Assembly (NCBI GenBank): GCA_965242725.1
Contig: CBDESZ010000005.1
Coordinates: forward strand, 32,001 to 96,000
Source of the DNA: Alkalispirochaeta sp.
Lineage (GTDB): Bacteria > Spirochaetota > Spirochaetia > DSM-27196 > Alkalispirochaetaceae
Reading direction: 5' to 3'
DNA: 64,000 bases
Shown here: piece after piece, positions 35,767 through 46,010 of the stretch
Position numbering within the stretch: the first letter of the stretch is position 1
Layout of the letters: every line of letters starts with the position of its first letter
Notes under the pieces: model-generated
The model's database searches: none
Told to the model about the DNA's origin: nothing
The model's input: the letters and a program-made list of their open reading frames with translations, nothing else
Translations under genes and position numbers: made by a program

Positions 35767-36495
35767 TTACTTCGGCGGCTCCCACGTCCCGCTTCGCTCC
35801 TCGCCTTCGAGACTCGGAATTTCAAAACGCATTCCCGGGTGGATGAGGTGAGGGTTGTCGGGGTCCCTGAGAATGTGACGGTTGGCCTCATAGAGGGGGC
35901 GCCACTTGGTGCGGTCGCCATAGACAAAGTCGTACCCGGCGATCTTGTTGAAGGTATCCCGGTTTTCCGGTATGAGACGAACAACATAGTAGCGGGGTAA
36001 GGGGCGACCCGCAGATTGCCGAACAGGTGTCAGCGACGAAAGTGTGTCCCTGACGAGGCGGAACCGGGGAAAACTTTCTTCATACCGTTTGGCGGTAAAA
36101 TCTGCTTCTCCTTCTTCCATCGCCGCCATTGCCGTCCGGTATTCTTCGGGGTAGTGTGTCGCCGCGTCGATTCGCTCGGCGTAGGCTATCTGCTCCAGGG
36201 CGCGGTTACGCATATTGTGCGCCCGATACGCCCATACCTGCTCTTCCGCCCATGTAACCGCCTGCCGGCGTTCCCGTTCCGCCTCTTCCGCGTATTCGAT
36301 GGCCTCTTCATATCTGCCGTCTTCGATGGCTTGTGCCGCCATCCCGCGAAGTTCCCTGGCTCGACGGGCGTGGGGGTTGTCCTCCAGAAGATTCTGGGCG
36401 CCGACGGACAGGACTGTGGAAAAAACAAGCAGAAAGAGGAAGAGCAACCTCCGGGTTCTGCGTATGGCGTTGCGACGGTTCTGTTTACGTTTCAT
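35767..36495 (-). CDS. Exported helical protein with a C-terminal LysM-like domain (spirochaetal type)
   Basis: Signal peptide after ATG 36495; YYVV......DTF.KIA...YGD...W..LYEAN....NPHLIHPGM. Confidence 0.85.
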   Translation of the reverse strand: MKRKQNRRNAIRRTRRLLFLFLLVFSTVLSVGAQNLLEDNPHARRARELRGMAAQAIEDGRYEEAIEYAEEAERERRQAVTWAEEQVWAYRAHNMRNRALEQIAYAERIDAATHYPEEYRTAMAAMEEGEADFTAKRYEESFPRFRLVRDTLSSLTPVRQSAGRPLPRYYVVRLIPENRDTFNKIAGYDFVYGDRTKWRPLYEANRHILRDPDNPHLIHPGMRFEIPSLEGEERSGTWEPPK

Positions 36496-37006
36496 CGTCC
36501 TCTCCCTCCACGTCCTGCTGCATGCGTTCCAACTCCCGAGCCGTCTCAATGAGATCGGAATCGAGAGTTTCCAGGGCGCGAAGCGCCCGTTCCCGCTGAT
36601 CCCGGGCCGCGACGTAGGCGTCGCGAAATCCGCTCCGGGCGGCGGTGAAGGCCGATAGGGCATCCCCATATTCTTCGGACGAGAAAAGCTCCTCTCCCCG
36701 GGACAGATGCTCCTGGGCGTCGTTGAAGAGTGAGCGCTGCGCCACATCCGCCTTTACGGAGAGGGCACGACCCCGCTCTGCCACCGCCTCTTCTTTCAGC
36801 TGTTCCGCCTCAGTCCGTTGTTGAGTGGACGGAGCGGGCGCCGGTTCTTCCGCAGGCTCTTCCGCCGGTTGCGGCTGCTGCGCCTCCGTTTGCGAGGGAG
36901 CCGGTGACGGTTGTTCCTCCTGGGGTTGCGGGTCCGGTGCGCCGGCACACCCAAGGACGACTACGCTTATTAAAATCGCCAGAATGAGCAAATGAGTTAT
37001 TTTCAC
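36485..37006 (-). CDS. Helical lipoprotein (DUF4398-like)
   Basis: Lipobox VLGC, Pro/Glu linker, helical domain; overlaps the LysM gene start. Confidence 0.75.
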   Translation of the reverse strand: MKITHLLILAILISVVVLGCAGAPDPQPQEEQPSPAPSQTEAQQPQPAEEPAEEPAPAPSTQQRTEAEQLKEEAVAERGRALSVKADVAQRSLFNDAQEHLSRGEELFSSEEYGDALSAFTAARSGFRDAYVAARDQRERALRALETLDSDLIETARELERMQQDVEGEDDET

Positions 37007-37131
37007 GAAAGTCCGCTCCTTGTCGTCATGGTTTCACAATCCTGTACGTATATATCTAAGGTATCGCGGGAATGTTGAGTCGTCCATGTATCTCGTTCCA
37101 CTACCGGTCCGACAGGGAAGTATGATATATC

Positions 37132-38895
37132 TTGTTGCCATTGGAGACTTGCGTGCCCGCAAAGAAACAGAAACCGCCGTTTACCGTACGAAACGTACTG
37201 CTCCTGACGACCATCGCTTCCATGATTCCCGCACTGATCGTCATTATCGTTACCGGAACGGAATACGGGCATACCCTCGAGAGATCGATACGCCTTGAGG
37301 TACAGCGTCAGGCCGAATCAATCGCTGAAATACAGGGGAGATCCACCGATGCGCTCCTCAACATGATGGATACGGTGGTGCATCTGCCGGCGTTCCGGGA
37401 GGGAAACGCCGAAGAGCAGCTGGAGATTCTGGAAGTCGTCCTCTGGCAGAACCCCCGCCTCCTCAACCTCACCGTCACCGATACCGACGGAATAGTCGTT
37501 GTCTCTCCCGGACTTGAACGGGGAACGGATCTCTCCGATCGGCGGCATGTGCAGGATGCCCTCAGGACGGGATCCTTTGCGGCAGGGGAATACATCCTTG
37601 CCCGTATCGATGAAACTCCTTCTTTTCCGTATGCCATACCGGTACGCAATCGCCAGAATGCAATAACCGGTATTCTCAGTGCCGTGTATCCTCTCGATTC
37701 CTTCGGAGAACATTTCGATCGCCTCGATCTACCGGAGGGGACGATACTGGGCATTACCGACCGGCACGGAGTACGGGTGTACTTTCATCCCGCGTTGGAG
37801 ACCAATCCGATCGGCTCTCCGATAAAGGAAGATGTGTGGAATGCAATTGTCGCGTCCCCAACGGGGGAAGGAATGGTCCGGTCGAGGGGATCCGACGGAA
37901 AAAGCCGTTTTTATGCCTTCCGGCGCCTTGCCCTGGGAAGCCAGACGCCGTACCTCTCGGTGGTTGTCGGGTTTCCCGAAGAGCTTGCAATGGGTCCGGC
38001 CAGACGGATTCTCGTCCGCAACATCCTTCTCATAATCGGTGCCGTTCTTGCCGCGATGATTACCGCCGTCACCCTCGGAAACATCGTCTTCACCCGACGA
38101 ATAGATCGCCTTGTTGATACCGCCCGGGCGATCGAGGGGGGCGATTTACACGCCCGGACGGGTCTGCGGGACGGTCCCGCAGAGATACACGTCATTGCCG
38201 CCGCAATTGACGACATGGCGGCGCGATTGGAGATCCGCGTGCGGGAGCGGGAAAAGGAAGAGGCGCGACTTGCCCGTTCGCTTCAGGAAAAAGAGACGCT
38301 CCTCAAGGAAATACACCATCGCGTCAAGAACAACATGCAGCTCATCCTGAGCATCATCCATCTCCAGCGGGACAACGTGGAGAGTATGGCGGAGGACTTC
38401 TACCGGAATCTGGAAACGCGGATTGCGGCGATGGCAAGTGTCCACGAAATGCTCTACCAGTCCCCTGACCTTTCAACAATCCAGATGCAGCCCTTTCTTG
38501 AGAATCTGGTGCAACTGGTCACGTACAGCGCAGTTCCACCCCAGGTCCTGGTCCAGGCGGGCGATATTACCCTCCGTATTGAAGCGGCCGTACCCCTCGC
38601 CCTTATCACCGGTGAACTCATGGTCAACGCCGGAAAGTACGGGGCGATCAACGGCGGGGGGTGTACGGTCTCCATTGCGTTGTTCCGCGAGGATGAACGG
38701 CTGATCCTTTCTGTAGCGGATAACGGTCCGGGATTTCCCGAAGGCTTCAGTCCCGAGGGGGGATCGGGGTTGGGTTACAGCCTCATATCGGCGTTGACTT
38801 CACAGCTTGGCGGAACGATGCACTACTGGACAGACGGAGGAGCTCATGTGCGCATAGAACTCCACGTGCCCGGCGGCATACCCACATATTTGTGA
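37132..38895 (+). CDS. Sensor histidine kinase (Cache + HAMP + HisKA_2 type)
   Basis: Two TM helices, extracytoplasmic Cache-like domain, EIHHRVKNNMQ, EL..NA.KY, DNGPG and GLG motifs. Confidence 0.92.
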   Translation: MLPLETCVPAKKQKPPFTVRNVLLLTTIASMIPALIVIIVTGTEYGHTLERSIRLEVQRQAESIAEIQGRSTDALLNMMDTVVHLPAFREGNAEEQLEILEVVLWQNPRLLNLTVTDTDGIVVVSPGLERGTDLSDRRHVQDALRTGSFAAGEYILARIDETPSFPYAIPVRNRQNAITGILSAVYPLDSFGEHFDRLDLPEGTILGITDRHGVRVYFHPALETNPIGSPIKEDVWNAIVASPTGEGMVRSRGSDGKSRFYAFRRLALGSQTPYLSVVVGFPEELAMGPARRILVRNILLIIGAVLAAMITAVTLGNIVFTRRIDRLVDTARAIEGGDLHARTGLRDGPAEIHVIAAAIDDMAARLEIRVREREKEEARLARSLQEKETLLKEIHHRVKNNMQLILSIIHLQRDNVESMAEDFYRNLETRIAAMASVHEMLYQSPDLSTIQMQPFLENLVQLVTYSAVPPQVLVQAGDITLRIEAAVPLALITGELMVNAGKYGAINGGGCTVSIALFREDERLILSVADNGPGFPEGFSPEGGSGLGYSLISALTSQLGGTMHYWTDGGAHVRIELHVPGGIPTYL

Positions 38896-39788
38896 AAAAC
38901 GCGATAAAAGTGAGTGACATCGTCAAACCCCGCGGCAAATGCCGCACCGGCGATGGAAAGACGGTCGTCCGTCATGAGGCGCTGCGCCGTCGAGACGCGA
39001 AGACGCTGAAGGGTTGTAATAAAGGTCTCACCCGTGACACTTCGCCAGAGATCCGAAAACCGGCGGCGCGACAGATATACCGCTCCAGCCGCGCGGTCGA
39101 GGGTCCATTGTTCATGGGCAAACTCATGCAATGTCGCCGCCAGCGCCTGAACGCGCTCCCGGGCATCGGGCAGTCGGGGACGGCGGGAGAGGCGGGAAAG
39201 TTCAAGGAGAAACCGGGAAAAGGCGTTTTCAAGCTCAAGGCGTCGTGTGGTGGAGGCGGGATTGTACGGGTCCGACGTCCCCATGCGGGAGGGAGCACCT
39301 TCTTTCCGAGACTCCTGACCAGGTGGCCGGGCGACATCGGGTGACCCGACGTGGGGGCTTAATGCGATGAGCTCGCGCCATGATGTATCTCTCAGGTGCA
39401 GCGGCGCCGACCTGATCGCTCCACATTCGAGAGAGGCGGAAATGAGATCGCCCCAGACCTCCCGTCGACCGGGGACGCTGCGGACGGCGTCGTCGGTGCA
39501 CGCAACGAGAACCAGGGTGGAACCCCGGGCATCATGAATGATATGTCCCGTCCCGGCGGGTACGATGAGATAGTCTCCCGTGTGGAGGCGGTGCTCCTCG
39601 GCTTCGGCGTCGGTCGTACCGGGATTACGGTACAGACGAAAAATCACCGCACCGCGGAGAAGGAGAAAGACTTCGTGGAAATCGTGAAATTGCGGTTCCA
39701 TCGTGAAGGTCCGGTCATGCCGGCTTTCAACGGCGAGGATTCCCGACGGGGGTAGAATGAGCTCCCGCGGTCCGGGGGACGTGTCCAT
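38844..39788 (-). CDS. AraC-family regulator with a cupin N-domain
   Basis: FHDFHE cupin motif; C-terminal A...GF.D..HFYRVF.K..G.PP. Confidence 0.9.
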   Translation of the reverse strand: MDTSPGPRELILPPSGILAVESRHDRTFTMEPQFHDFHEVFLLLRGAVIFRLYRNPGTTDAEAEEHRLHTGDYLIVPAGTGHIIHDARGSTLVLVACTDDAVRSVPGRREVWGDLISASLECGAIRSAPLHLRDTSWRELIALSPHVGSPDVARPPGQESRKEGAPSRMGTSDPYNPASTTRRLELENAFSRFLLELSRLSRRPRLPDARERVQALAATLHEFAHEQWTLDRAAGAVYLSRRRFSDLWRSVTGETFITTLQRLRVSTAQRLMTDDRLSIAGAAFAAGFDDVTHFYRVFHKYVGMPPGTWSSMRT

Positions 39789-39878
39789 AGGTGATTATTT
39801 CACATATTGCCCGATATGCAAATTTCTTCTCACTTGATCTACAAAGCGCGTCACGTCCGGTGAGTGTACAATAGCTTC

Positions 39879-40727
39879 ATGAGCAGCGACCATATAAAGG
39901 ATCAGTCTGTAGCCACCGCCGGAGGTGCGGTCATCGTCACCGGCGCCAGCCGCGGACTGGGACGGGGAATCGCCGTTTCACTTGCAGAAGCGGGATACAG
40001 TGTGGTTATCAATTATCAGAACAATGCACGCGCGGCGGAAGAGACGCGTCAACTCTGCGAGCAGACTGCCCGCGCGGCCGGGAAACGAGGGGATTCCGCG
40101 GCGTCACCGCAACGATTTCTCCCGGTACAGGCGGATATCTCCCGGACTGAGGATCGACGACGCCTCGTCGAAGAAACGATCGCGGAATTCGGTGCCATAC
40201 ACTCCCTGGTCAGCAACGCCGGCATCGCTCCGCGGGTTCGCGCGGATATCCTGGAGGCGACTGAAGAATCCTTTGAGGAACTGATGAAGGTGAATCTCCA
40301 GGGGCCCTACTTCCTCGCCCAGAGCGTTGCCCGCCATTGGATAGAGAGCGGCTCCACGGGAGAGGATGCGGGGCACCACATCGTCTTTGTCACCTCAATC
40401 AGCGCCGACACAGTCAGCATCAGCCGCGGTGAATACTGCATCTCCAAAGCGGGGCTCGCCATGGCGGCGCAACTGTGGGCGACGCGGCTGGCGCCCCTGG
40501 GTATTCCCGTCTATGAACTTCGACCGGGAATCATGGAAACGGACATGACTTCGGGGGTGAAGGAAAAGTATGATTCCCTCATCGCGGAAGGCCTCGTACC
40601 GCAAAGGCGGTGGGGCAAACCGGACGATATCGGACGGGCCGTACGCAGTCTCGTCGCGGGAGACTTTCGATTTTCCACCGGATCGGTCATCTATTCCGAC
40701 GGCGGATTTCACATATCCCGGCTGTAG
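39879..40727 (+). CDS. Short-chain dehydrogenase/reductase (probable sugar-acid reductase)
   Basis: TGASRGLG, SNAG, YCISK and PG...TDMT motifs; ATG 39879 lies 6 nt after TACAAT. Confidence 0.9.
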   Translation: MSSDHIKDQSVATAGGAVIVTGASRGLGRGIAVSLAEAGYSVVINYQNNARAAEETRQLCEQTARAAGKRGDSAASPQRFLPVQADISRTEDRRRLVEETIAEFGAIHSLVSNAGIAPRVRADILEATEESFEELMKVNLQGPYFLAQSVARHWIESGSTGEDAGHHIVFVTSISADTVSISRGEYCISKAGLAMAAQLWATRLAPLGIPVYELRPGIMETDMTSGVKEKYDSLIAEGLVPQRRWGKPDDIGRAVRSLVAGDFRFSTGSVIYSDGGFHISRL

Positions 40728-40820
40728 GGCGGGGAGGCGAGGGCGCCAAGCGGAGTAACGGACCTGCGAGAGCTGCGTTGCGGTGCACCGTATGGCCGGC
40801 ACGAGCCGTACGCCGGTGCC

Positions 40821-40855
40821 GGCCGTCGCACCCCGGGCCGTCGCACCCCGGGCCG
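40821..40855 (+). repeat. 15-bp tandem repeat GGCCGTCGCACCCCG x2.3
   Basis: Read directly in the SDR-GH88 intergenic region. Confidence 0.85.
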
Positions 40856-40885
40856 ACAGGACAAAAAGAAAACAAGGAGCAAATC

Positions 40886-42439
40886 ATGATAGACATATCC
40901 AAAACCCCGACCATTGAGGACGTCGCTGCCCGCCTTCCCGACGTGTGGAAGGCCGCATTGCGGGCGACGCGCCTCTTGAAGGACGCGTGGGCGCCGGAAC
41001 GGGGCACCCCCGTCTACACGGAAGAGGGCCGCTACACCACCCGCGGGTGGACCGAGTGGACCCAGGGATTCCAGTTCGGCAACGCCCTCTACCTCTATGA
41101 AGCGACCGGAGAAGAGGACATGCTCGTCCACGGCCGGGCGGCGACGACAAACCACATGGCGGGCCACCTCACCCACATCGGCGTCCACGACCACGGCTTC
41201 AACAACGTCAGCACCTATGGCAACCTCCTGCGCATGATGGCGGAAGGGCGCATCCCCTATGACAAGTGGGAGGCGGAGTTCTATCGCCTTGCCCTCAAAG
41301 TCACCGGCGCCGTACAGGCGGCGCGCTGGACGGACACCCGCGACGGCCTCGGGTACGTCCACACCTTCAACGGACCCCACTCCCTCTTCTCCGACACGAT
41401 CCGCTCCATGCGGGCGCTCTCGGTATCCCATCAGCTCGGGCACGTCCTCATGGGCGAGCAGGACCAGCGGATCAACCTCCTCAGCCGCCTCCTGGCACAC
41501 GCTGAATCCACCGCCCGGTACAACGTCTACTACGGCGCCGGTCGCGACCGCTGGGACGTCCGGGGCCGCACCGTCCACGAATCGATCTTTAACATCACCA
41601 ACGGCGTCTACCGCTGCCCAAGCACCCAGCAGGGCTACACCCCCTTCTCCACGTGGACCCGCGGCCTCGCCTGGATCGCCGCAGGGTACCCGGAACAGCT
41701 GGAATGGCTTGCCACATTGGACGACTCTGAATTTGAAAATATATCGAACGCCGGCGTTGCGGCGGAGCAGGTAGCCCCTCATGCGGGGTCGGCCAAAACG
41801 GTCCGCCAGGCGGTAGAAGGGCGCTGGCTCCGGACGGCGTGCGCCGTTTCCGACTTCTACATCGAAAACACCCCCACCGACGGCATCCCCTACTGGGACA
41901 CGGGCGCGCCGGGCCTCGAGAAACTGGGGGACTACCTCAACCGGCCGGCGGATCCCTACAACGACCACGAGCCGGTGGACAGCTCCGCCGCGGCGATCAC
42001 CGCCCAGGGGCTGTGGCGACTCTCAGGCTATCTCGAAGAGCACGCCGGCCGACTCGCAAAGTCCGAGCTTGACCTCGACGGCGGTGGGGCGCGGCGGCAC
42101 AGCGCTGAAGAGATCGCCGGGCGGGCCGGACGCTACCGTGCCGCCGCGCTGAAGGCGGCGCACACCCTCTTCGGCGAACCCTACCTCAGCACGGCGGGCC
42201 ACCACGAGGGCATCCTCCTCCACTCCATTTACCATCAGCCCAACGGCTGGGACTACGTCCACACGGGACAGAAAATCGCCAACGGCGAGAGCTGCATGTG
42301 GGGGGACTACCACCTCCTCGAGCTGGCAGTCATGCTCCAGCGCGAGGCCGACGGCCGCGGTGCCCAGCGCTTCTTTGACATCGACACCGCCGGCGTGGCA
42401 GGAGAAGCAGGCGGGAAGGGCGGTCACAGTGGGCGGTAA
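40886..42439 (+). CDS. GH88-like (unsaturated glucuronyl hydrolase-type) (alpha/alpha)6 enzyme
   Basis: WT.GF..G, HDHGF, WTRGLAW, YWD, DSSAAAI and WGDY motifs; AAGGAG SD before ATG 40886; no signal peptide. Confidence 0.8.
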   Translation: MIDISKTPTIEDVAARLPDVWKAALRATRLLKDAWAPERGTPVYTEEGRYTTRGWTEWTQGFQFGNALYLYEATGEEDMLVHGRAATTNHMAGHLTHIGVHDHGFNNVSTYGNLLRMMAEGRIPYDKWEAEFYRLALKVTGAVQAARWTDTRDGLGYVHTFNGPHSLFSDTIRSMRALSVSHQLGHVLMGEQDQRINLLSRLLAHAESTARYNVYYGAGRDRWDVRGRTVHESIFNITNGVYRCPSTQQGYTPFSTWTRGLAWIAAGYPEQLEWLATLDDSEFENISNAGVAAEQVAPHAGSAKTVRQAVEGRWLRTACAVSDFYIENTPTDGIPYWDTGAPGLEKLGDYLNRPADPYNDHEPVDSSAAAITAQGLWRLSGYLEEHAGRLAKSELDLDGGGARRHSAEEIAGRAGRYRAAALKAAHTLFGEPYLSTAGHHEGILLHSIYHQPNGWDYVHTGQKIANGESCMWGDYHLLELAVMLQREADGRGAQRFFDIDTAGVAGEAGGKGGHSGR

Positions 42440-43343
42440 CGGCACGAAGGGACCATCTCCCGACACGGCCGCCTCCCGGCCGCAACGGATAGAAGACCTT
42501 CGCCGCTTTGCCCCCCACACGGTCACCACCAAGCCGTGGCCCATAGAGCGGGCGATAGACGAGTACGCCCGTGCGGGATTCGGCGGCCTCTCCATATGGC
42601 GGGACGCCATGGACGGAAGGGACCCTGCGGCAATCCGTCGCCAAATGGACGAGGCGGGGCTTGCGGGAGTGAGCCTCGTCAGGGGCGGCTTCTTCGCCAC
42701 AGGCGACAAGGCGGCGTACCGGGAGGCGCTGGATGAAAACAGGCGCTGTATCGGCGAAGCTCACGCGCTGGGTCTTCCTTTGATCGTCCTTGTCTGCGGG
42801 GCGGACCCGTCGCTGACCTTGGCGGAAAACCGGAAAATCATCACCGAAGCGCTCTCGGAACTCGCACCGGAAGCGGCGGCGGCGGGGGTGCAGCTCGGCA
42901 TAGAGCCTCTCCACCCCATGTACGCCGACACCCGGAGCGCCGTAAACACACTAGGCCAGGCGGTACAGATCGCCGGGGCCGCCAACACGGCGGCGGGCTT
43001 CACCGCCGCCGCCCCGCCCGCCCGCCGCCCCGTCTCCACGGTGGTGGACGTCTACCACCTCTGGTGGGACGAGCGCCTCCCCGACCAGATCGCCGCCGCC
43101 GGCACGGACGAACTCCTGTCCGCCTTTCACGTCTGCGACTGGCGCGTACCCACGGAGCACATGCTGCTGGACCGGGGACTCATGGGTGAGGGGTGCATCG
43201 ACATTCCGGGAATCCGCCGGGACGTCGAGGCGGCGGGCTTCACCGGCCTCATAGAAGTTGAAATATTCTCCGAACGGTACTGGGCGATGGACCAGTCGGA
43301 GTGGCTGCAAATGATCGCCACGGCGTGCCGCAGCGCGGTATAG
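42429..43343 (+). CDS. Xylose-isomerase-like TIM-barrel sugar isomerase/epimerase
   Basis: IEPLHP, DVYH, H.CDW, DRG.MGEG and EVEIFS metal motifs. Confidence 0.88.
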   Translation: MGGNGTKGPSPDTAASRPQRIEDLRRFAPHTVTTKPWPIERAIDEYARAGFGGLSIWRDAMDGRDPAAIRRQMDEAGLAGVSLVRGGFFATGDKAAYREALDENRRCIGEAHALGLPLIVLVCGADPSLTLAENRKIITEALSELAPEAAAAGVQLGIEPLHPMYADTRSAVNTLGQAVQIAGAANTAAGFTAAAPPARRPVSTVVDVYHLWWDERLPDQIAAAGTDELLSAFHVCDWRVPTEHMLLDRGLMGEGCIDIPGIRRDVEAAGFTGLIEVEIFSERYWAMDQSEWLQMIATACRSAV

Positions 43344-43370
43344 CACACAACACAAACCATGGAGGACAGA

Positions 43371-44525
43371 ATGCGGGAAATACGAATACTCATGAACGGC
43401 GTCACCGGACGCATGGGCACCAATCAGCACCTCATACGGAGCATCCTGGCGATACGCGCCCAGGGCGGCGTCCCCTCAAAGTCGGGTGAAACGATCATGC
43501 CCGTGCCGGTCCTGGTTGGACGGAACGAGGCGAAGCTGAAGTCCCTCGTCGACCGCCTCGCCCCTGAACACGGACAGATAGAATACACAACAGACCTCGA
43601 CGGTGCCCTGGCCGACAAAAAGAACGAAATCTACTTTGACGCCACCCTCACCCAGATCAGGGAAGCGGGACTCAGAAAGGCGATCGCCGCGGGCAAGGCG
43701 ATCTACTGCGAAAAACCCACCGCCACCGACACCGCCACCGCGGTCGCCCTCGCCAGAGAGGCACAGGCGGCGGGCATCAAGAACGGCGTCGTCCAGGACA
43801 AACTGTGGCTGCCGGGGTTGCGGAAGCTTCAGTACCTCATCGACACCGGCTTCTTCGGCCGGATCCTCTCCGTCCGCGGCGAGTTCGGCTACTGGGTCTT
43901 CGACGGCTTTCACCAGCCCACGCAGCGGCCGAGCTGGAACTACCGCAAGGAGGACGGCGGCGGCATGATGATCGACATGTTCTGCCACTGGCGCTACGTC
44001 ATCGACAACCTCTTCGGCGAAATCAAGTCCCTGAGCTCCATCGGCGCCACCCACATTCCCGAGCGGCTGGACGAGCAGGGCAAGCGCTACACCTGTACCG
44101 CCGACGACGCCGCATACGGAACGTTTGAGCTCGAAAACGGCATCATCTGCCACTTCAACTCCAGCTGGGCCACCCGGGTGCGCCGGGACGACCTCCTCAC
44201 CCTCCACGTGGACGGCACCAACGGCAGCGCCGTGGCGGGCCTGCGCAACTGCGTCGTCCAGCACGACGCGGAGACGCCCAAACCGGTGTGGAATCCCGAC
44301 ATTCCGAGCCCCATCGACTTCCTCGACGGCTGGACCACCATGCCCGACCGGGACATCATGGACAACGCCTTCAAGGTGCAGTGGGAGCTCTTCCTCAAAC
44401 ACATCGTCGACGACGAACCCTTCCCCTGGGACCTCATGGAAGGTGCCAAGGGCGTACAGCTCGCCGAGCTCGGCCTCACCAGCTGGCAGGAACGGCGCTG
44501 GCTGGACGTGCCCGCGCTCTCCTGA
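43371..44525 (+). CDS. Gfo/Idh/MocA-family oxidoreductase
   Basis: NGVTGRMG Rossmann motif, CEKP, GGG.M.DM..HW. Confidence 0.92.
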   Translation: MREIRILMNGVTGRMGTNQHLIRSILAIRAQGGVPSKSGETIMPVPVLVGRNEAKLKSLVDRLAPEHGQIEYTTDLDGALADKKNEIYFDATLTQIREAGLRKAIAAGKAIYCEKPTATDTATAVALAREAQAAGIKNGVVQDKLWLPGLRKLQYLIDTGFFGRILSVRGEFGYWVFDGFHQPTQRPSWNYRKEDGGGMMIDMFCHWRYVIDNLFGEIKSLSSIGATHIPERLDEQGKRYTCTADDAAYGTFELENGIICHFNSSWATRVRRDDLLTLHVDGTNGSAVAGLRNCVVQHDAETPKPVWNPDIPSPIDFLDGWTTMPDRDIMDNAFKVQWELFLKHIVDDEPFPWDLMEGAKGVQLAELGLTSWQERRWLDVPALS

Positions 44526-44618
44526 GTCGGCGGCGGCCGGGTCAGGTAGCCGTGGCGGAGCGGCGCGGCGCAACCGACCGTGTGACCAATCGGCAACCGG
44601 AGGTGTACACTTGCCTCG

Positions 44619-45905
44619 ATGAGCAACCGCATCTCCGCCGCCGGCCCCGCGCTCCTCATCATTGCGTGGCTCCTCCTTGTCGCGATGGGCACGCTCCATC
44701 GCTGGTGGATCGCGCCGGTGCATCCCGGCGACGATCCCGCACACTTTATCGGGGAGGTGCACACGATTCTCGATACCCGAATGAAGGGCAACGTCGCGTT
44801 TCTTCTGATTGAAGAGGGCCGAGTCGCCTACGAGCACTACGACTCCCGGGAAGAATCGATCGACGGGAACACGCTCTTCCAGCTCGCCTCCATATCCAAG
44901 TGGGTAACCGCCTGGGGCGTACTTGCCCTCGTTGAAGAGGGCCTTCTCGATCCGGATGCGCCGGTCGAGGCGTATCTCACCCGCTGGGAATTTCCTCCCG
45001 GTCGGTACGACTCCCGGGAGGTTACGGTACGGCGCCTTCTCAGCCACACCGCAGGGCTGACCGACCGTCTCGGCTATCTTGGCTTCACCGCCCCCGGAGA
45101 CCTCCAGTCCCTTGAAGATGCGCTGACGCGCCCCGCGGACGCCGCCGCAGGTTCGCTCACACCCGTCCGGGTGGGTCGCGTCCCCGGCGGGCGCTGGCAA
45201 TACTCCGGCGGCGGCTACGCCCTCCTTCAACTTCTCACGGAGGAAATCACCGATCGGCCATTCAACAGGTACATGGAGGAGACGGTCTTGGGGCCGCTGG
45301 GTATGACAAAATCAACATTTTCCGTTGACGATGCAGTGGTGTCGCAACTCGCCCGCCACTACGATACGGACGGGGAGGTCACGCCGCACCGATATTTCTC
45401 CGCCCCGGCGACGTCGTCCCTCCACGCGACGCCCTATGAATTGGTACGCTTCCTGCAGGCCCATATTCCCGGTACCCGTGGCGAGCCTCCGGGGCGAGGC
45501 GTGCTCTCTCCCGCGGCGATAGGGGAAATGGTCACCCCGGAGGGTGAACTCTTCGGCATCGGAATGTGGGCCCTCGGCCCCGCCCTCTTCGGTATCGACG
45601 CGACGGAAGGAGAGATCATCGGCCACGACGGCCGGAATCTTCCCGGTATCAGCAATACCGCCCGCATCAACCTTCAGACGGGGGACGGTCTCGTCGTGCT
45701 CAGCTCGGGCGATCCGGACCTGGCGCCGCTGATCGGAACCGAGTGGGTCTACTGGAAAACCGGTGCCGTCGACCTGCCGGCGCTCGCCCGTCGTGCATCA
45801 TCAGCCGGGGTGCTCGCCGTCGCAGGTGTCGCGCTGATCGGGGCCGTGACGTTCCTCTTCCACCGCCGGAGACGGCGCAACAGGAACGCCGGTCATATGC
45901 GGTGA
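44619..45905 (+). CDS. Serine hydrolase (beta-lactamase/PBP-like) with N- and C-terminal membrane segments
   Basis: SISK, LLSHTAG, YSGGG and GHDG motifs. Confidence 0.88.
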   Translation: MSNRISAAGPALLIIAWLLLVAMGTLHRWWIAPVHPGDDPAHFIGEVHTILDTRMKGNVAFLLIEEGRVAYEHYDSREESIDGNTLFQLASISKWVTAWGVLALVEEGLLDPDAPVEAYLTRWEFPPGRYDSREVTVRRLLSHTAGLTDRLGYLGFTAPGDLQSLEDALTRPADAAAGSLTPVRVGRVPGGRWQYSGGGYALLQLLTEEITDRPFNRYMEETVLGPLGMTKSTFSVDDAVVSQLARHYDTDGEVTPHRYFSAPATSSLHATPYELVRFLQAHIPGTRGEPPGRGVLSPAAIGEMVTPEGELFGIGMWALGPALFGIDATEGEIIGHDGRNLPGISNTARINLQTGDGLVVLSSGDPDLAPLIGTEWVYWKTGAVDLPALARRASSAGVLAVAGVALIGAVTFLFHRRRRRNRNAGHMR

Positions 45906-46010
45906 GCCTCCACAGGGACGGATATTGCCGGTACAATGTGCAGCGGTGATCGGTCGTACGAGGACGGGCGTTCCCGCTGTCCGGACCGTACCCATAGAAG
46001 GAGAACACGA

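Noticed and set aside
200..40855. Short tandem repeats (200-234, 40821-40855) as CRISPR arrays or IS ends
   Set aside because: Only 2-3 adjacent copies, no spacers, and no cas or transposase genes.
40610..40885. Long N-terminal extensions of GH88 (and likewise 50351-50755, 36496-36747, 48086-48211, 58384-58515)
   Set aside because: They are open frames running through neighbouring genes or spacers; downstream starts have an SD or coincide with the domain boundary.
43476..45230. Long antisense ORF (584 aa) and similar shadows (344-1237, 2714-3691, 14416-15438, 28272-29231, 40709-41968, 56149-57132, 59743-60918)
   Set aside because: They lie opposite well-supported genes, show no recognisable motifs and are expected from high-GC3 codon bias.
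44619..45905. Antibiotic-resistance beta-lactamase
   Set aside because: SxxK serine hydrolase with YSG instead of YxN and membrane segments at both ends; more like a generic esterase/peptidase, and resistance cannot be inferred.
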